The notes: generated by a model not told the origin, from the sequence alone. A stretch of 32,000 nt of DNA from Nitrosospira multiformis ATCC 25196 (GCF_000196355.1 NC_007614.1:1860001-1892000); one strand, 5' to 3'. Numbered from the stretch's first letter, positions 1-8,844 are shown. Translations and numbers: made by a program.

Positions 1-364
1 GTGGATTGAAACCGGAAACAATAAGATTACCTTCCGGCATCAATACCCGCTGCACCTCACGGAGTATCTGATGAGGATTGGAACTGAATTCGAGCATATG
101 GGGCATAAGCACGAGGTCGGTGCTATTCGTCTCGATCGGCAGAAAGTCAGGAGCGGCAAGAACGTCGGCTCCTTTTTCAGGGGCCGCACAAAACTTGAGT
201 GGCATACGGTTCGTGCGCAGGAAATCGTATTGCGGAAACCCGACCTGCACCGCGTTGTAACCGAACACGTTTGCCACCGCCTTATCGAAATATTTCTGCT
301 CCCGTTCCAGCAGATACTGGCCCAGGCAAGTTTCAAACCACTCGACTATACTTTTGGTTTGCAT
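1..364 (-). CDS. SAM-dependent methyltransferase (YafS-like), N-terminal part; ORF runs off the left edge of the window
   Basis: My own minus-strand translation from the ATG at 364-362 gives MQTKSIVEWFETCLGQYLLEREQKYFDKAVANVFGYNAVQVGF...LVLMPHMLEFSSNPHQILREVQRVLMPEGNLIVSGFNP, open to position 2. It is absent from the ORF track because there is no stop in the window. It is divergent from gloB, as in the conserved yafS-gloB arrangement. Confidence 0.7.
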   Translation of the reverse strand, partial: MQTKSIVEWFETCLGQYLLEREQKYFDKAVANVFGYNAVQVGFPQYDFLRTNRMPLKFCAAPEKGADVLAAPDFLPIETNSTDLVLMPHMLEFSSNPHQILREVQRVLMPEGNLIVSGFNP

Positions 365-526
365 ATTTAACGTCAACTGGCGTTCAACCAGGAGTGCTAT
401 GACTCGATCATGTAAAATCGCTCAGCTCATGAATCAGCAGAAATATCCATCTGCCTGACCTGTTGCTCACCCTTCGGCACCTCCGCCGGCTGCTAGCCGC
501 CTCAAAACACCTGAATAGCGCCTATC

Positions 527-1321
527 ATGACTACTACTCCCAATATCGTTCCGATTCACGCTTTCAAGGACAATTACATCTGGCTCATCCGCGATCATTA
601 TCATGCTGCCGTTATAGATCCTGGCGATGCGTCCCCTGTCCTGGATTATCTGAGCCGCGAAAAGCTGAAGCTCATCGCCATTCTCAATACTCATCACCAT
701 CCCGATCACGTCGGCGGAAATGCTGAACTGTTGCGGGAATTTGCCGTACCCGTCTTTGGGCCGGCGAAAGAATCGATTCCGACGCTCACCCATCGTCTCA
801 AGGAATGCAGTGATATAGAAAACGAAGAAGGCTGTGTATATCTTCCGGAATTCTCACTCAGCTTCCGCGTGCTCGATATCCCTGGTCACACCTCCGGCCA
901 CATCGCCTATTATGGCGCAAACATGCTCTTTTGTGGTGACACCCTGTTTGGCTGCGGGTGCGGACGATTGTTCGAAGGTACAGCGCAGCAAATGGTCGAC
1001 TCCCTGAAAAAACTGGCGGATTTGCCCAAGGATACGCTGATCTATTGCGGCCATGAATACACGCTCAGCAATATCCGCTTCGCAAGGACAGTCGAACCTG
1101 GCAATCAAGCATTGGCGAAGCGCGAAGTGGAAGCCGAAAAATTGCGTAACGAAGGCCTGCCCACCCTGCCCTCCACCATTGCGCTGGAAAAAGCGACCAA
1201 TCCGTTCCTGCGCTGTACTGAAGCGGAAGTCATCGAAAGCGCCAGCAACCATGCGGGGAAACCGTTAAACGACCGTGTCAGCGTATTTGCCGCCATCCGG
1301 GAATGGAAAAATCACTTTTGA
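527..1321 (+). CDS. gloB: Hydroxyacylglutathione hydrolase (glyoxalase II), MBL fold
   Basis: 264-aa ORF. N-terminus IHAFKDNYIWLI, metal motif THHHPDHVGG, and C-terminal NPFLR as in GloB. Confidence 0.93.
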   Translation: MTTTPNIVPIHAFKDNYIWLIRDHYHAAVIDPGDASPVLDYLSREKLKLIAILNTHHHPDHVGGNAELLREFAVPVFGPAKESIPTLTHRLKECSDIENEEGCVYLPEFSLSFRVLDIPGHTSGHIAYYGANMLFCGDTLFGCGCGRLFEGTAQQMVDSLKKLADLPKDTLIYCGHEYTLSNIRFARTVEPGNQALAKREVEAEKLRNEGLPTLPSTIALEKATNPFLRCTEAEVIESASNHAGKPLNDRVSVFAAIREWKNHF

Positions 1322-1571
1322 CATTATCTTTTTCTATACGTCGGTTCTCCAACAGCTTGTGCCGAAAATAAATTTGAATGGTGAAGCAATTGCGTTGTCC
1401 TAATTTTGTGCTTTACTTGGGGTCTTTACTTGGGGTACTCGCTACAACCCCTGCACGCACGCAAAAAATAGCAGGATTAGCGCTCCAGTCATGGAATACT
1501 GATTTCCGAATCCATGACGTCATCCACTCCGCCGCTCACTGTAGCGGCGCTACGCTTTCGGAGGACAATAC

Positions 1572-2705
1572 ATGAACCCATTGGAACAGCTATTGCAATG
1601 CGGACAAGCCGTCTGGCTGGATTCGATCAGTCGCGACCTCATCAAGAGCGGGCAACTGCAGCGCCTGGTAACCGGAGACAAGCTGCATGGCCTGACAAGC
1701 AATCCCACTATTTTCGAGCAGGCGATCGGGCACAGCGATGCTTACGACAACGCGCTGCGCCAGCTATTGCGAACCAATGAAAAACAAACCGAAAAGGCCC
1801 TGTTCGATGCGCTGGCTATCGAGGATATTCGCATGGCCGCAGATGTGTTGCGGTCCGTATATGATGAAACCCATGGTGGGGACGGGTACGTCAGCCTGGA
1901 GGTATCACCCCACCTGGCACGCGATACCGGAGGCAGTATCGCAGAAGCCAAGCGCTTATGGCAAGCCGTGGAGCGGCCCAATCTCATGATTAAAATCCCC
2001 GCTACTCCCGAGGGAATTCCAGCAATTGAGCAACTGATAAGCGAAGGCATCAACGTCAATGTCACCCTGATGTTCTCCCTGCGCCACTATGAGGCCGTGG
2101 CACATGCATACATTACGGGGCTTGAACGCCGTGATGCTTATTCGCCCGGCGGAAACAAGATATGGCCCGTTTCGGTCGCCTCTTTTTTTGTCAGCCGGGT
2201 GGATAACATAATCGATCCCATGCTGGAAAGGATCGGCACCCAGGAAGCGCTCGCCTTGCGCGGGAAAATTGCCATTGCCAATGCCAAACTTGCCTATCAA
2301 CGCTTCCGTGAGATATTTTACGGAGAGCCATTTGATTCCTGGCGCAAAAAAGGTATACACGCCCAGCGGCCATTATGGGCCAGCACCAGCACAAAAAATC
2401 CTGCATATTCGGATGTGTTGTACGTCGAGGAATTGGTCGGCCCCGACACCGTCAATACGATGCCACTCAAAACGCTGGAAGCATTCCGGGATCACGGGCG
2501 GACTAGCAAAACCCTTGGAAAAGGACTGGCACAAGCTGAGGCCGACGTGGCCCAGCTTAAGGAGCTGGGGATCGATCTCAATGCAGTTACCGAAAAACTT
2601 CAAAATGACGGAGTCGATTCGTTCGCCGCATCCTATGACAAGCTTCTTGCCTCACTGAGGAAAAAGCGCCAGGAAATTCTCACTACCAGCGACCAGACAG
2701 CCTGA
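1572..2705 (+). CDS. tal: Transaldolase (long, ~370-aa type)
   Basis: 377-aa ORF with LLQCGQAVWLDSISRDLI..., TSNPTIFEQAI and NLMIKIPAT motifs typical of transaldolases. It is followed by gnd. Confidence 0.9.
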   Translation: MNPLEQLLQCGQAVWLDSISRDLIKSGQLQRLVTGDKLHGLTSNPTIFEQAIGHSDAYDNALRQLLRTNEKQTEKALFDALAIEDIRMAADVLRSVYDETHGGDGYVSLEVSPHLARDTGGSIAEAKRLWQAVERPNLMIKIPATPEGIPAIEQLISEGINVNVTLMFSLRHYEAVAHAYITGLERRDAYSPGGNKIWPVSVASFFVSRVDNIIDPMLERIGTQEALALRGKIAIANAKLAYQRFREIFYGEPFDSWRKKGIHAQRPLWASTSTKNPAYSDVLYVEELVGPDTVNTMPLKTLEAFRDHGRTSKTLGKGLAQAEADVAQLKELGIDLNAVTEKLQNDGVDSFAASYDKLLASLRKKRQEILTTSDQTA

Positions 2706-2755
2706 ACCGGTCCAAGATTATTATTCAACAGAGAACAATTGCCAAGGGAGGGATC

Positions 2756-3661
2756 ATGGAACTGGGAATGATTGGATTGGGGCGAATGGGAGGCGCGATG
2801 TCGCAACGGCTGCTGCAGGCGGGACACCAGGTGTCGGGTTACGCCCGCAGCACTGATACCATGAAGCAGTTGGAAGAAAAAGGCCTCGTCGCCGCCTCCT
2901 CGGTGGAGGATCTGGTTAGCAAATTGAAGCCACAACGCATCATCTGGCTGATGATTCCGTCAGGAAAACCGGTGGATGAAACCATCGGCATCTTGATGCC
3001 GCTGCTGGAGGCTGATGACGTTATCATCGATGGCGGAAACTCGGATTACAAGGATACTCTGCGCCGGGCGGAAACGCTCAGGGCACGTCAGATTCACTAT
3101 GTAGACGTGGGCACCAGCGGCGGTGTCTGGGGCCTTGAAAACGGCTACAGTATGATGGTGGGCGGCGACGATGGCGTGGTGTCACACCTGGAACCCCTCT
3201 TTGAAACTCTTGCTCCCGGCCCAAATAAAGGATGGGGTCACGTTGGTCCGTGCGGGGCCGGTCATTTTACCAAAATGATCCACAATGGCATCGAGTACGG
3301 AATAATGCAGGCCTACGGCGAAGGTTTTGCGATCATGCACCATAAGGAAGAATTCAAGCTGGACTTGCATCAGGTTGCGGAAATCTGGCGCTACGGCAGC
3401 GTGATTCAATCCTGGCTGCTCGATCTGACCGCTGCTGCCCTGGAAAAAAACCCGGGTCTTGAAGGCATTGCACCCTATGTTGCCGATTCCGGAGAGGGAC
3501 GCTGGACGGTAGCCGAGGCGATAGACCTGAACGTCGCCGCGCCTGTCATTACCTTGTCGTTGTTGCAACGATTGCAATCACGGGATTCTGATTCGTTCTC
3601 CGACAAGCTGCTATCGGCGCTCCGCAATCAATTCGGCGGACATGCGATGAAGAAGGAGTAG
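2756..3661 (+). CDS. gnd: 6-phosphogluconate dehydrogenase, decarboxylating, short (~300-aa) form
   Basis: 301-aa ORF. It has the Rossmann motif MIGLGRMGGAM plus GGNSDYKDT, GTSGGVWG, GAGHFTKMIHNGIEYG and ADSGEGRWT, which are characteristic of the GndA/YqeC-type 6PGDH. Confidence 0.88.
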   Translation: MELGMIGLGRMGGAMSQRLLQAGHQVSGYARSTDTMKQLEEKGLVAASSVEDLVSKLKPQRIIWLMIPSGKPVDETIGILMPLLEADDVIIDGGNSDYKDTLRRAETLRARQIHYVDVGTSGGVWGLENGYSMMVGGDDGVVSHLEPLFETLAPGPNKGWGHVGPCGAGHFTKMIHNGIEYGIMQAYGEGFAIMHHKEEFKLDLHQVAEIWRYGSVIQSWLLDLTAAALEKNPGLEGIAPYVADSGEGRWTVAEAIDLNVAAPVITLSLLQRLQSRDSDSFSDKLLSALRNQFGGHAMKKE

Positions 3662-3689
3662 CCGTACGATCAAACCCTTAGACTCCGAA

Positions 3690-4082
3690 ATCTAAAGTTT
3701 TCCGAGTAGTTCAACCTTATAAAGCCTCATTTTCCCTTGTCCCATGGGGTTCCCCAAGTGGACGATCTGCGAGTGCTCAGCGGGATTATTTACGTGATAA
3801 GGAACGGCCGTAATGGAAGGACGCTCCCCAAAACCACGACCCGCACAAGGCGCTCTATAATCGCTTCGCGCGTTGGAGCGGATGAGCGTTTTCACCCGCA
3901 TTTTTGCGGGACTGGCCAAGCCAGAACACGGACTGGCTGATGATTGACCCGCGCATCTCAAGCCACGTCCTACGGCGCTCAGCCCGTTAAAAAGGAGATG
4001 TCTCCCGCTGTATCGGACGTACTAAGGGCGCCTGAACTCCAAACTTCACGCCGTCTGCGATGGCTGGGGAAATCCTCTCGTC
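3690..4082 (+). pseudogene. Degraded, 3'-truncated remnant of an IS5-family (IS427-group) transposase gene, related to the intact IS at 21717..22559
   Basis: Frames give PLSHGVPQVDDLRVLSGIIYVIRNG (intact copy: PLSHGVPRVDDLRVISGIIYVIRNG). After frameshifts they give KGA-LNSKLHAVCDGWGNPL (intact: KGGLNSKLHVVCDGQGKP). There are multiple frame breaks and no recognisable terminal inverted repeats. Confidence 0.75.
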
Positions 4083-4278
4083 CGGTTGCATAAAAGTGTT
4101 GACCTATGATTTCCTCAGTCGTATAGCCTTTAAACCTCTGCGCACCAACATTCCAACTACAGACGCGACCTTCGCGGGCTGAGCATGCCCAGCGCGCAGT
4201 CAGTGACCCTGGCAATATAAATAGCCGAAAGCGTTCTGATTCAGCATATTGACTCGATAGAAGCAGGAGAAGGTACCA
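4083..4278 (-). pseudogene. PAS (sensory-box) domain fragment, truncated where it meets the IS remnant
   Basis: Minus-strand frame reads SERFRLFILPGSLTARWACSAREGRVCSWNVGAQRFKGYTTEEIIGQHFYATGRED. This resembles the common PAS S-box pattern ERFRLL...D..GRV.SWN.GA.R.KGY..EEIIG.HF. There is no start or downstream kinase/output domain, and the frame is closed by a stop upstream at 4279-4281. Confidence 0.45.
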
Positions 4279-4365
4279 TTACGAATAATCCGGTTCTGTT
4301 GCAATGTGGAAAGAAAAACAACGCGATGGCAAATCAGCAAAAGTTGACGGATGTCATCATAAATA

Positions 4366-4413
4366 CACTTAAAACATAAACAAGTTTACAAAGTTTCGAA
4401 ATTCACATATTCT
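4366..4413 (+). promoter_or_regulatory. Putative promoter of paralog 1: conserved box CACTTAAAACATA, -35 TTTACA, 17-nt spacer, -10 TATTCT
   Basis: Box at 4366..4378, TTTACA at 4385..4390, TATTCT at 4408..4413. The same architecture occurs upstream of the other two paralogs. Confidence 0.45.
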
Positions 4414-4472
4414 TCACCCATAGAAGCTGGATGTTAACGTGACTGATCCGTTATCCAAAATGCTGAAGAGGT

Positions 4473-4913
4473 GTGATGATGAAGATCGATAAAATTATCG
4501 CTACTACGTTCTCCCTGCTCAGCTTTATAGTCGCGGTGAGCTTTCCCGTTCCGGCAACGGCCGAGGCGGAAAGTTTTGATGTCGATGCAGCGTCGCGTAA
4601 CGCGGTGACCAGAAGTGATCACGAAGCTGTCGCCAGATATTACGACAACGCGGCCGTGGAGATGCATGCAAAAGCACAAGAGCAGAAACGCCTGCTCGAG
4701 CAGTATGAGGATAAAAGCTATCTCTACGGTAGAGAAGCCCAGGACATGCTGGCCCATACTTACGCATTGGCACGCAAGTATGAGAAGGAGACGCAGGCCA
4801 ATACGAGGGAAGCAGCCCTGCATCGGCAAATGGCTGCGCAACTCGAAGAGAACACTCCCCTCACCCCCAGTGGCAGTCTTCAAAAGCTGAGCACGATTTC
4901 AGACCTGCATTAG
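4473..4913 (+). CDS. Exported helical protein, uncharacterised family, paralog 1 (signal peptide ...VPATA/EAE)
   Basis: 146-aa ORF. The likely ATG is at 4476, after GAGG. It has a hydrophobic N-terminal signal and a ~75-aa core shared with 5883..6359 and 8955..9383 (YE[ED]K.YLYG..AQD...HT.AL..KYE......REAA.HRQ). Confidence 0.8.
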   Translation: MMMKIDKIIATTFSLLSFIVAVSFPVPATAEAESFDVDAASRNAVTRSDHEAVARYYDNAAVEMHAKAQEQKRLLEQYEDKSYLYGREAQDMLAHTYALARKYEKETQANTREAALHRQMAAQLEENTPLTPSGSLQKLSTISDLH

Positions 4914-5259
4914 GCTCTGTTCCTGCCTGAGTTAACCTCAGGATAATGTAATCGGAAACGGCACTGTACGGATGAACACCTGTATATTGCTATCAATGTT
5001 TCATGCCTTCAGGCTATCTTACCCCTCGGTTCCGGGAATACTTTCCCTCTTTTCTGAATTGTTGCGGAATCTCAACCGTTACAAAACCCGCTGGACCCTC
5101 AAAATTTTCTACGTCACTCTGGAACAACGTCCCAGTAAACGCCTTTCTGATCAAGCAAAAAGCTCAATGCCGGATCAGTCATTTTTCGACTGATCGAAAA
5201 ACGGAAATTAACGCAAGATTGACAAGCCTCAACTAAAGCAAGTTTTTATCGAAAAATAC

Positions 5260-5288
5260 TTTACAAATGTGATTTCATCACATATTCT
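5260..5288 (+). promoter_or_regulatory. Putative promoter (TTTACA-17-TATTCT), a duplicated copy of the paralog-1 promoter core
   Basis: TTTACA at 5260..5265 and TATTCT at 5283..5288. The string TCACATATTCTTCAC is shared exactly with 4403..4417. Confidence 0.4.
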
Positions 5289-5363
5289 TCACACATGCTT
5301 CACAAACGTAGTAAGAAGTAACAAACGCAGCTTCAAAAAGTAGCTTTTTTCGCTATTGATTTC

Positions 5364-5564
5364 GTGGAGGGTATGATGATTAAGGGCAGAACAGTGGGCA
5401 TTTTCTATTCGATGAGCCTGGCCGTTGCGCTGGTTTTTGCTGGGTTTAATGCTGCGGGTGTCGCCACTGCCAAAGAAAACAGCTATTCCATCGCAACTGT
5501 CGATAAGAGCAATTACAGAGTAGCCGCCTTACAAAAATCCGTTGTACTTACAGAAGTTCGCTAA
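5364..5564 (+). CDS. Small exported protein (about 63 aa from the ATG at 5373/5376), function unknown
   Basis: GGAGG lies just upstream of ATGATG. The signal-peptide-like N-terminus is MMIKGRTVGIFYSMSLAVALVFAGFNAAGVATA/KE. The 5' end (ATGATGA.TAAG) resembles the 5' end of paralog 1. It lacks the family core. Confidence 0.4.
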   Translation: MEGMMIKGRTVGIFYSMSLAVALVFAGFNAAGVATAKENSYSIATVDKSNYRVAALQKSVVLTEVR

Positions 5565-5785
5565 CATTCTTTCAAAATAGAACAAACGCGCCGATGCAAT
5601 GTTGAGTGTATTTTTCTGCCCATTGCATCGGCACCCTCCTGGTAACATCCTTCCTCAGTAAAAATCCCTGCGCTATTGCCGCAGGATGCGCATATTTCCC
5701 CGGGATAACCGCTACGGCACTCGGCTCCATTCGCTATCCGCCGGGCTCTCGAGAACCTGGCTGTAACCCTGTACCTTGCCTGAGC

Positions 5786-5831
5786 CACTTTAAACATAAA
5801 AATTGACGAAGCAACTTACATAAACTAGCAT
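5786..5831 (+). promoter_or_regulatory. Putative promoter of paralog 2: box CACTTTAAACATA, -35 TTGACG, 17-nt spacer, -10 TAGCAT
   Basis: Box at 5786..5798, TTGACG at 5803..5808, TAGCAT at 5826..5831. The -10 is weak. Confidence 0.4.
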
Positions 5832-5882
5832 TAAGCACGTTCACCGTTTTTTACCTGCTAAATCCTTTGCTCCGGTAAAACA

Positions 5883-6359
5883 ATGAGACAGGCTTGCCCT
5901 CTGCTTATCATATTGATTTTACTAATACCCGTTGCCCAGGCGGCTGATCATTCTGGTATCCGGATCACCCAGACCCTTGCACAGAATGATGAGCAGAACC
6001 CAAATGCTCGCGAGGTGGTCGAGAGATATTTCGAAGATGAGCTCATGAAAAAACATGAGACGGTTGCCAAATACTACGAAGATGAAGCAGGAAAGTCACG
6101 GGCGAAGATAAGGGAACTGAGGGGGATGCTTGCGCATTACGAGGAAAAAAGCTACCTGTACGGAAAAAAAGCCCAGGACCTGCAAGCACATACTGAAGCC
6201 CTGGTAAGAAAATATGAAGAGGCTGCAAAGGCAGATGCAAGAGAAGCTGCCTCTCACCGTCAAATTGCTTTGGCATTTAAAGAAAAAAATCACCCTGATT
6301 CGAAAACTCAAAAAGTAAGCATTGTTGAATCCTATGGTTCGACTGTTCCATTAAAATAA
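5883..6359 (+). CDS. Exported helical protein, uncharacterised family, paralog 2 (signal peptide ...PVAQA/ADH)
   Basis: 158-aa ORF. Signal peptide MRQACPLLIILILLIPVAQA. Core HETVAKYYEDEAGKSRAKIRELRGMLAHYEEKSYLYGKKAQDLQAHTEALVRKYEEAAKADAREAASHRQIA. Confidence 0.85.
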   Translation: MRQACPLLIILILLIPVAQAADHSGIRITQTLAQNDEQNPNAREVVERYFEDELMKKHETVAKYYEDEAGKSRAKIRELRGMLAHYEEKSYLYGKKAQDLQAHTEALVRKYEEAAKADAREAASHRQIALAFKEKNHPDSKTQKVSIVESYGSTVPLK

Positions 6360-6760
6360 GAGTAAAGAGCGGAGGCAGGAGCATACGGAGAAATTCCAGC
6401 GGCATAGCCAAACTCCCACTTTTTCCCTTCATCGCCGCGGACGGCCGCGTCCTGCGCCAGTCCATCAAGATACTTCCCCAGATTCCCTTACTGACGACTT
6501 ATTGGAGCCGGCTGGAATCCGCTAAATGATGATGGCCTGGAGGCTACCGATATCCGCTGAAACCTGGTCGTTTGTCCTGCCTATCAACTGCCGAGCCGGC
6601 TTCCAGCCATGATATGTTGAACAGGTTATCTGGAATATGAGCATTACAAACAATTACCGCGATAATCAGCCGGTCCACAATAATTTATGAGCGGTGGATT
6701 CCAGATAAATAAGAAGCGAATGGATTTGAGCCTTCGATATTCAACTTCTCAAGGATACTT

Positions 6761-7165
6761 ATGCAAAATTTCCTCCGAAATGATGATTTAGGTAAATTGA
6801 TTCTGCGCCTGACTGTAGGAGTATTGATACTATTTCACGGGCTGCACAAAATACTTAACCCCGCATCCCTTGACTTCATCAGCAAGCAACTGACCGGCAT
6901 CGATTTGCCACCCGTACTGGCTTACGGCGTTTACCTCGGTGAAGTCGTCGCGCCGCTAATGGTGATCTTCGGCCTTTTCTCGCGTCTCGGCGGTTTGCTG
7001 ATCTTCGGTAACATGATTTTTGCGCTTTTATTGGCCCACTCTGATCAGTTATTTACGTTCACCAACACGGGAGGCTGGGCGCTTGAATTGCAAGGGTTTT
7101 ATTTATTCTCGGGTCTTGCGATATTTTTCCTGGGTAGCGGAAGATGGGCCGTCCGGCAAGACTGA
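6761..7165 (+). CDS. DoxX-family inner-membrane protein
   Basis: 134-aa ORF with four predicted TM helices. N-terminal DLGKLILRLTVGVLILFHGLHKI is typical of DoxX. An AAGGA RBS lies 5 nt upstream. Confidence 0.8.
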   Translation: MQNFLRNDDLGKLILRLTVGVLILFHGLHKILNPASLDFISKQLTGIDLPPVLAYGVYLGEVVAPLMVIFGLFSRLGGLLIFGNMIFALLLAHSDQLFTFTNTGGWALELQGFYLFSGLAIFFLGSGRWAVRQD

Positions 7166-7228
7166 CCAAGCCCCCCATGTCAATGTTCATTATGGTTACA
7201 CATCAAAATAACAAAGGAATCTCTACTG

Positions 7229-7942
7229 ATGGAATCAACCGATCTCCGACAATACAGATGGCATGAATACGCCGACCTGACCGCCCTTCAGGATGCAGCG
7301 GTGGCTGCTATCCTGGATAGCGCCGCCTCTGCCATTCAGGAGCGTGGACGCTTTAATCTCGTTCTTGCCGGGGGTGAATCACCGCGTGCAATCTATCGGA
7401 GATTATGCAGCGCCCCAGCAGATTGGTCTCTCTGGCATATCTATTATGGAGACGAACGCTGCATGCCACCCACTCAGGAAGAACTGAATTCCCATATGGT
7501 AGAGGAAGCATGGCTTAGCCATGTGCCCATTCCTCCAGTCCAGATTCATACCATCCCCAATGGTCCTCGCGCAGATAAAGCTGCGGAAGCGTACGCACAA
7601 ACACTGCGCGGTGCAGGTTATTTCGACTTGACGCTGCTCGGGCTCGGTTCGGATGGCCACACCGCAAGCCTGTTCCCGGGTAATGATTGGGGAATGGCGC
7701 CGGATTCGCCCGATACACTGGCAATATTCAATTCCCCCAAGCGGCCCCCACAGCGCGTGTCACTGAGTGCGGCACGTTTAAATCGTTCGCGAAGGATAAT
7801 ATTTCTGGTAAGCGGTGAATCAAAGCATAAGGCGGTAGCAAGGTGGCGCGCCGGGGAGAATATACCGGCCAGGGCTATAATGGGAGAAAACGGTGTGGAT
7901 ATACTTGTGGAATCGACGTTACTGTTGCCGTCGAAGGGGTGA
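7229..7942 (+). CDS. pgl: 6-phosphogluconolactonase
   Basis: 237-aa ORF with FNLVLAGGESP, YYGDERC and LLGLGSDGHTASLFPG motifs of the DevB/Pgl family. Confidence 0.88.
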   Translation: MESTDLRQYRWHEYADLTALQDAAVAAILDSAASAIQERGRFNLVLAGGESPRAIYRRLCSAPADWSLWHIYYGDERCMPPTQEELNSHMVEEAWLSHVPIPPVQIHTIPNGPRADKAAEAYAQTLRGAGYFDLTLLGLGSDGHTASLFPGNDWGMAPDSPDTLAIFNSPKRPPQRVSLSAARLNRSRRIIFLVSGESKHKAVARWRAGENIPARAIMGENGVDILVESTLLLPSKG

Positions 7943-7983
7943 TGGGATTTAAATCAATAAAAAATAAAATAGAAAATAGAGGC

Positions 7984-8013
7984 AAAAAAAAGGAGTAGAA
8001 ACTACTCCTTTTT
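7984..8013. terminator. Bidirectional rho-independent terminator between convergent pgl and the regulator gene
   Basis: An A8 run, GGAGTAG, loop AAA, CTACTCC, then a T5 run (AAAAAAAAGGAGTAGAAACTACTCCTTTTT). A U-tract follows the stem on both strands. The stem overlaps the stop codon of 8002..8643. Confidence 0.65.
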
Positions 8014-8643
8014 GGATACAAACCTGAATCGACATAATTCTCCCCCGCGAGCCATACATTCATGTTGCTCAACCTTGCTGTCGGTAAAAGTTTCCATGAG
8101 GCCGCGGTCGAGGTGGCAGATTTCCATATCTTTTGCCGCCATCTGGTGGAATACGCAATTATCCGCTTCAATCACCTTTTCGCCGTTTGGCAAGGTAGCA
8201 CTTTTCGCGTTGTAGCCAAGCTGATCCATTACTTCTGTCAGCTTGTCAATTTTTTCCTCCTTTGTATTCAAGTCCGGATATTGACCCCGTATCTGCTCTG
8301 CGATACCTGCACCGATTTCGGACAAACGCTTACCCATGTTTTCAACGCCTTCTTCGCGCCGAACCGAGGCCAACACCAGTTGGGCCAGCCAGGAATACTG
8401 GCGGGGAAAACTCTCCTTTCCAAGTTCGGTAAGAACGTAAAGCTGTTGAGGCCTTCCGCCCCCTGACGGGCGTGTATTTCCAGCCGTTACCAGACCGGCG
8501 CCCTCCAGGGAAGAAAGATGTTGCCGAACTGCGTTTCTTGTAATCTCCAGACCTTTTGAAAGTTCATCCACGCTCAGGCCTGGCCTGCTCCCACGCAAAA
8601 GCTTGAGCAATTGCTTCTGCCGTTCACCTATCGTATTTAGCAT
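8002..8643 (-). CDS. ArsR-family (COG2345-type) winged-helix transcriptional regulator with a Cys/His-containing C-terminal sensor-like domain
   Basis: 213-aa ORF. The N-terminal wHTH is LSVDELSKGLEITRNAVRQHLSSLEGAGLV...GGRPQQLYVLTELG. The C-terminus has ADNCVFH, EICHLD and HECMARGGELCRFRF, as in COG2345 regulators. It is divergent from paralog 3. Confidence 0.8.
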   Translation of the reverse strand: MLNTIGERQKQLLKLLRGSRPGLSVDELSKGLEITRNAVRQHLSSLEGAGLVTAGNTRPSGGGRPQQLYVLTELGKESFPRQYSWLAQLVLASVRREEGVENMGKRLSEIGAGIAEQIRGQYPDLNTKEEKIDKLTEVMDQLGYNAKSATLPNGEKVIEADNCVFHQMAAKDMEICHLDRGLMETFTDSKVEQHECMARGGELCRFRFVSKKE

Positions 8644-8726
8644 CTGATATACCCCCTTCCACCCCCGTCATATGAGAATTAGCGGCTTCATTATAGACTA
8701 CTGGCAGCCTGCGCCTTGTCTTTAGA

Positions 8727-8774
8727 CACTTTAAACATATAATAGTTGACAAAATAGCTATAATTTCTTACAAT
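8727..8774 (+). promoter_or_regulatory. Putative promoter of paralog 3: box CACTTTAAACATA, -35 TTGACA, 17-nt spacer, -10 TACAAT
   Basis: Box at 8727..8739, TTGACA at 8746..8751, TACAAT at 8769..8774. It is near-consensus sigma70 and implies a ~180-nt leader. Confidence 0.5.
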
Positions 8775-8844
8775 TCCTTCATAAATAAAGAATAATCGGG
8801 GCCCGATCCGCCTTGATTCTGCTTTCACCCTAACCCTGCCCCTG

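Noticed and set aside
4926-4942. Short hairpins CCTGAG-N5-CTCAGG after paralog 1, GATCAGTC-N7-GACTGATC at 5173..5195, and CACCCT-N10-AGGGTG at 14561..14582
   Set aside because: The stems are only 6 to 8 bp and lack an adjacent U-tract in the relevant orientation. They are not strong enough to call terminators.
6360-6760. A 400-bp gap with short GAGCCGGC and GGCTGGAA/TTCCAGCC repeats upstream of doxX
   Set aside because: The repeats are only 8 bp and about 85 bp apart. No convincing ORF, RNA structure or IS end could be derived by eye, so the region is left unannotated.
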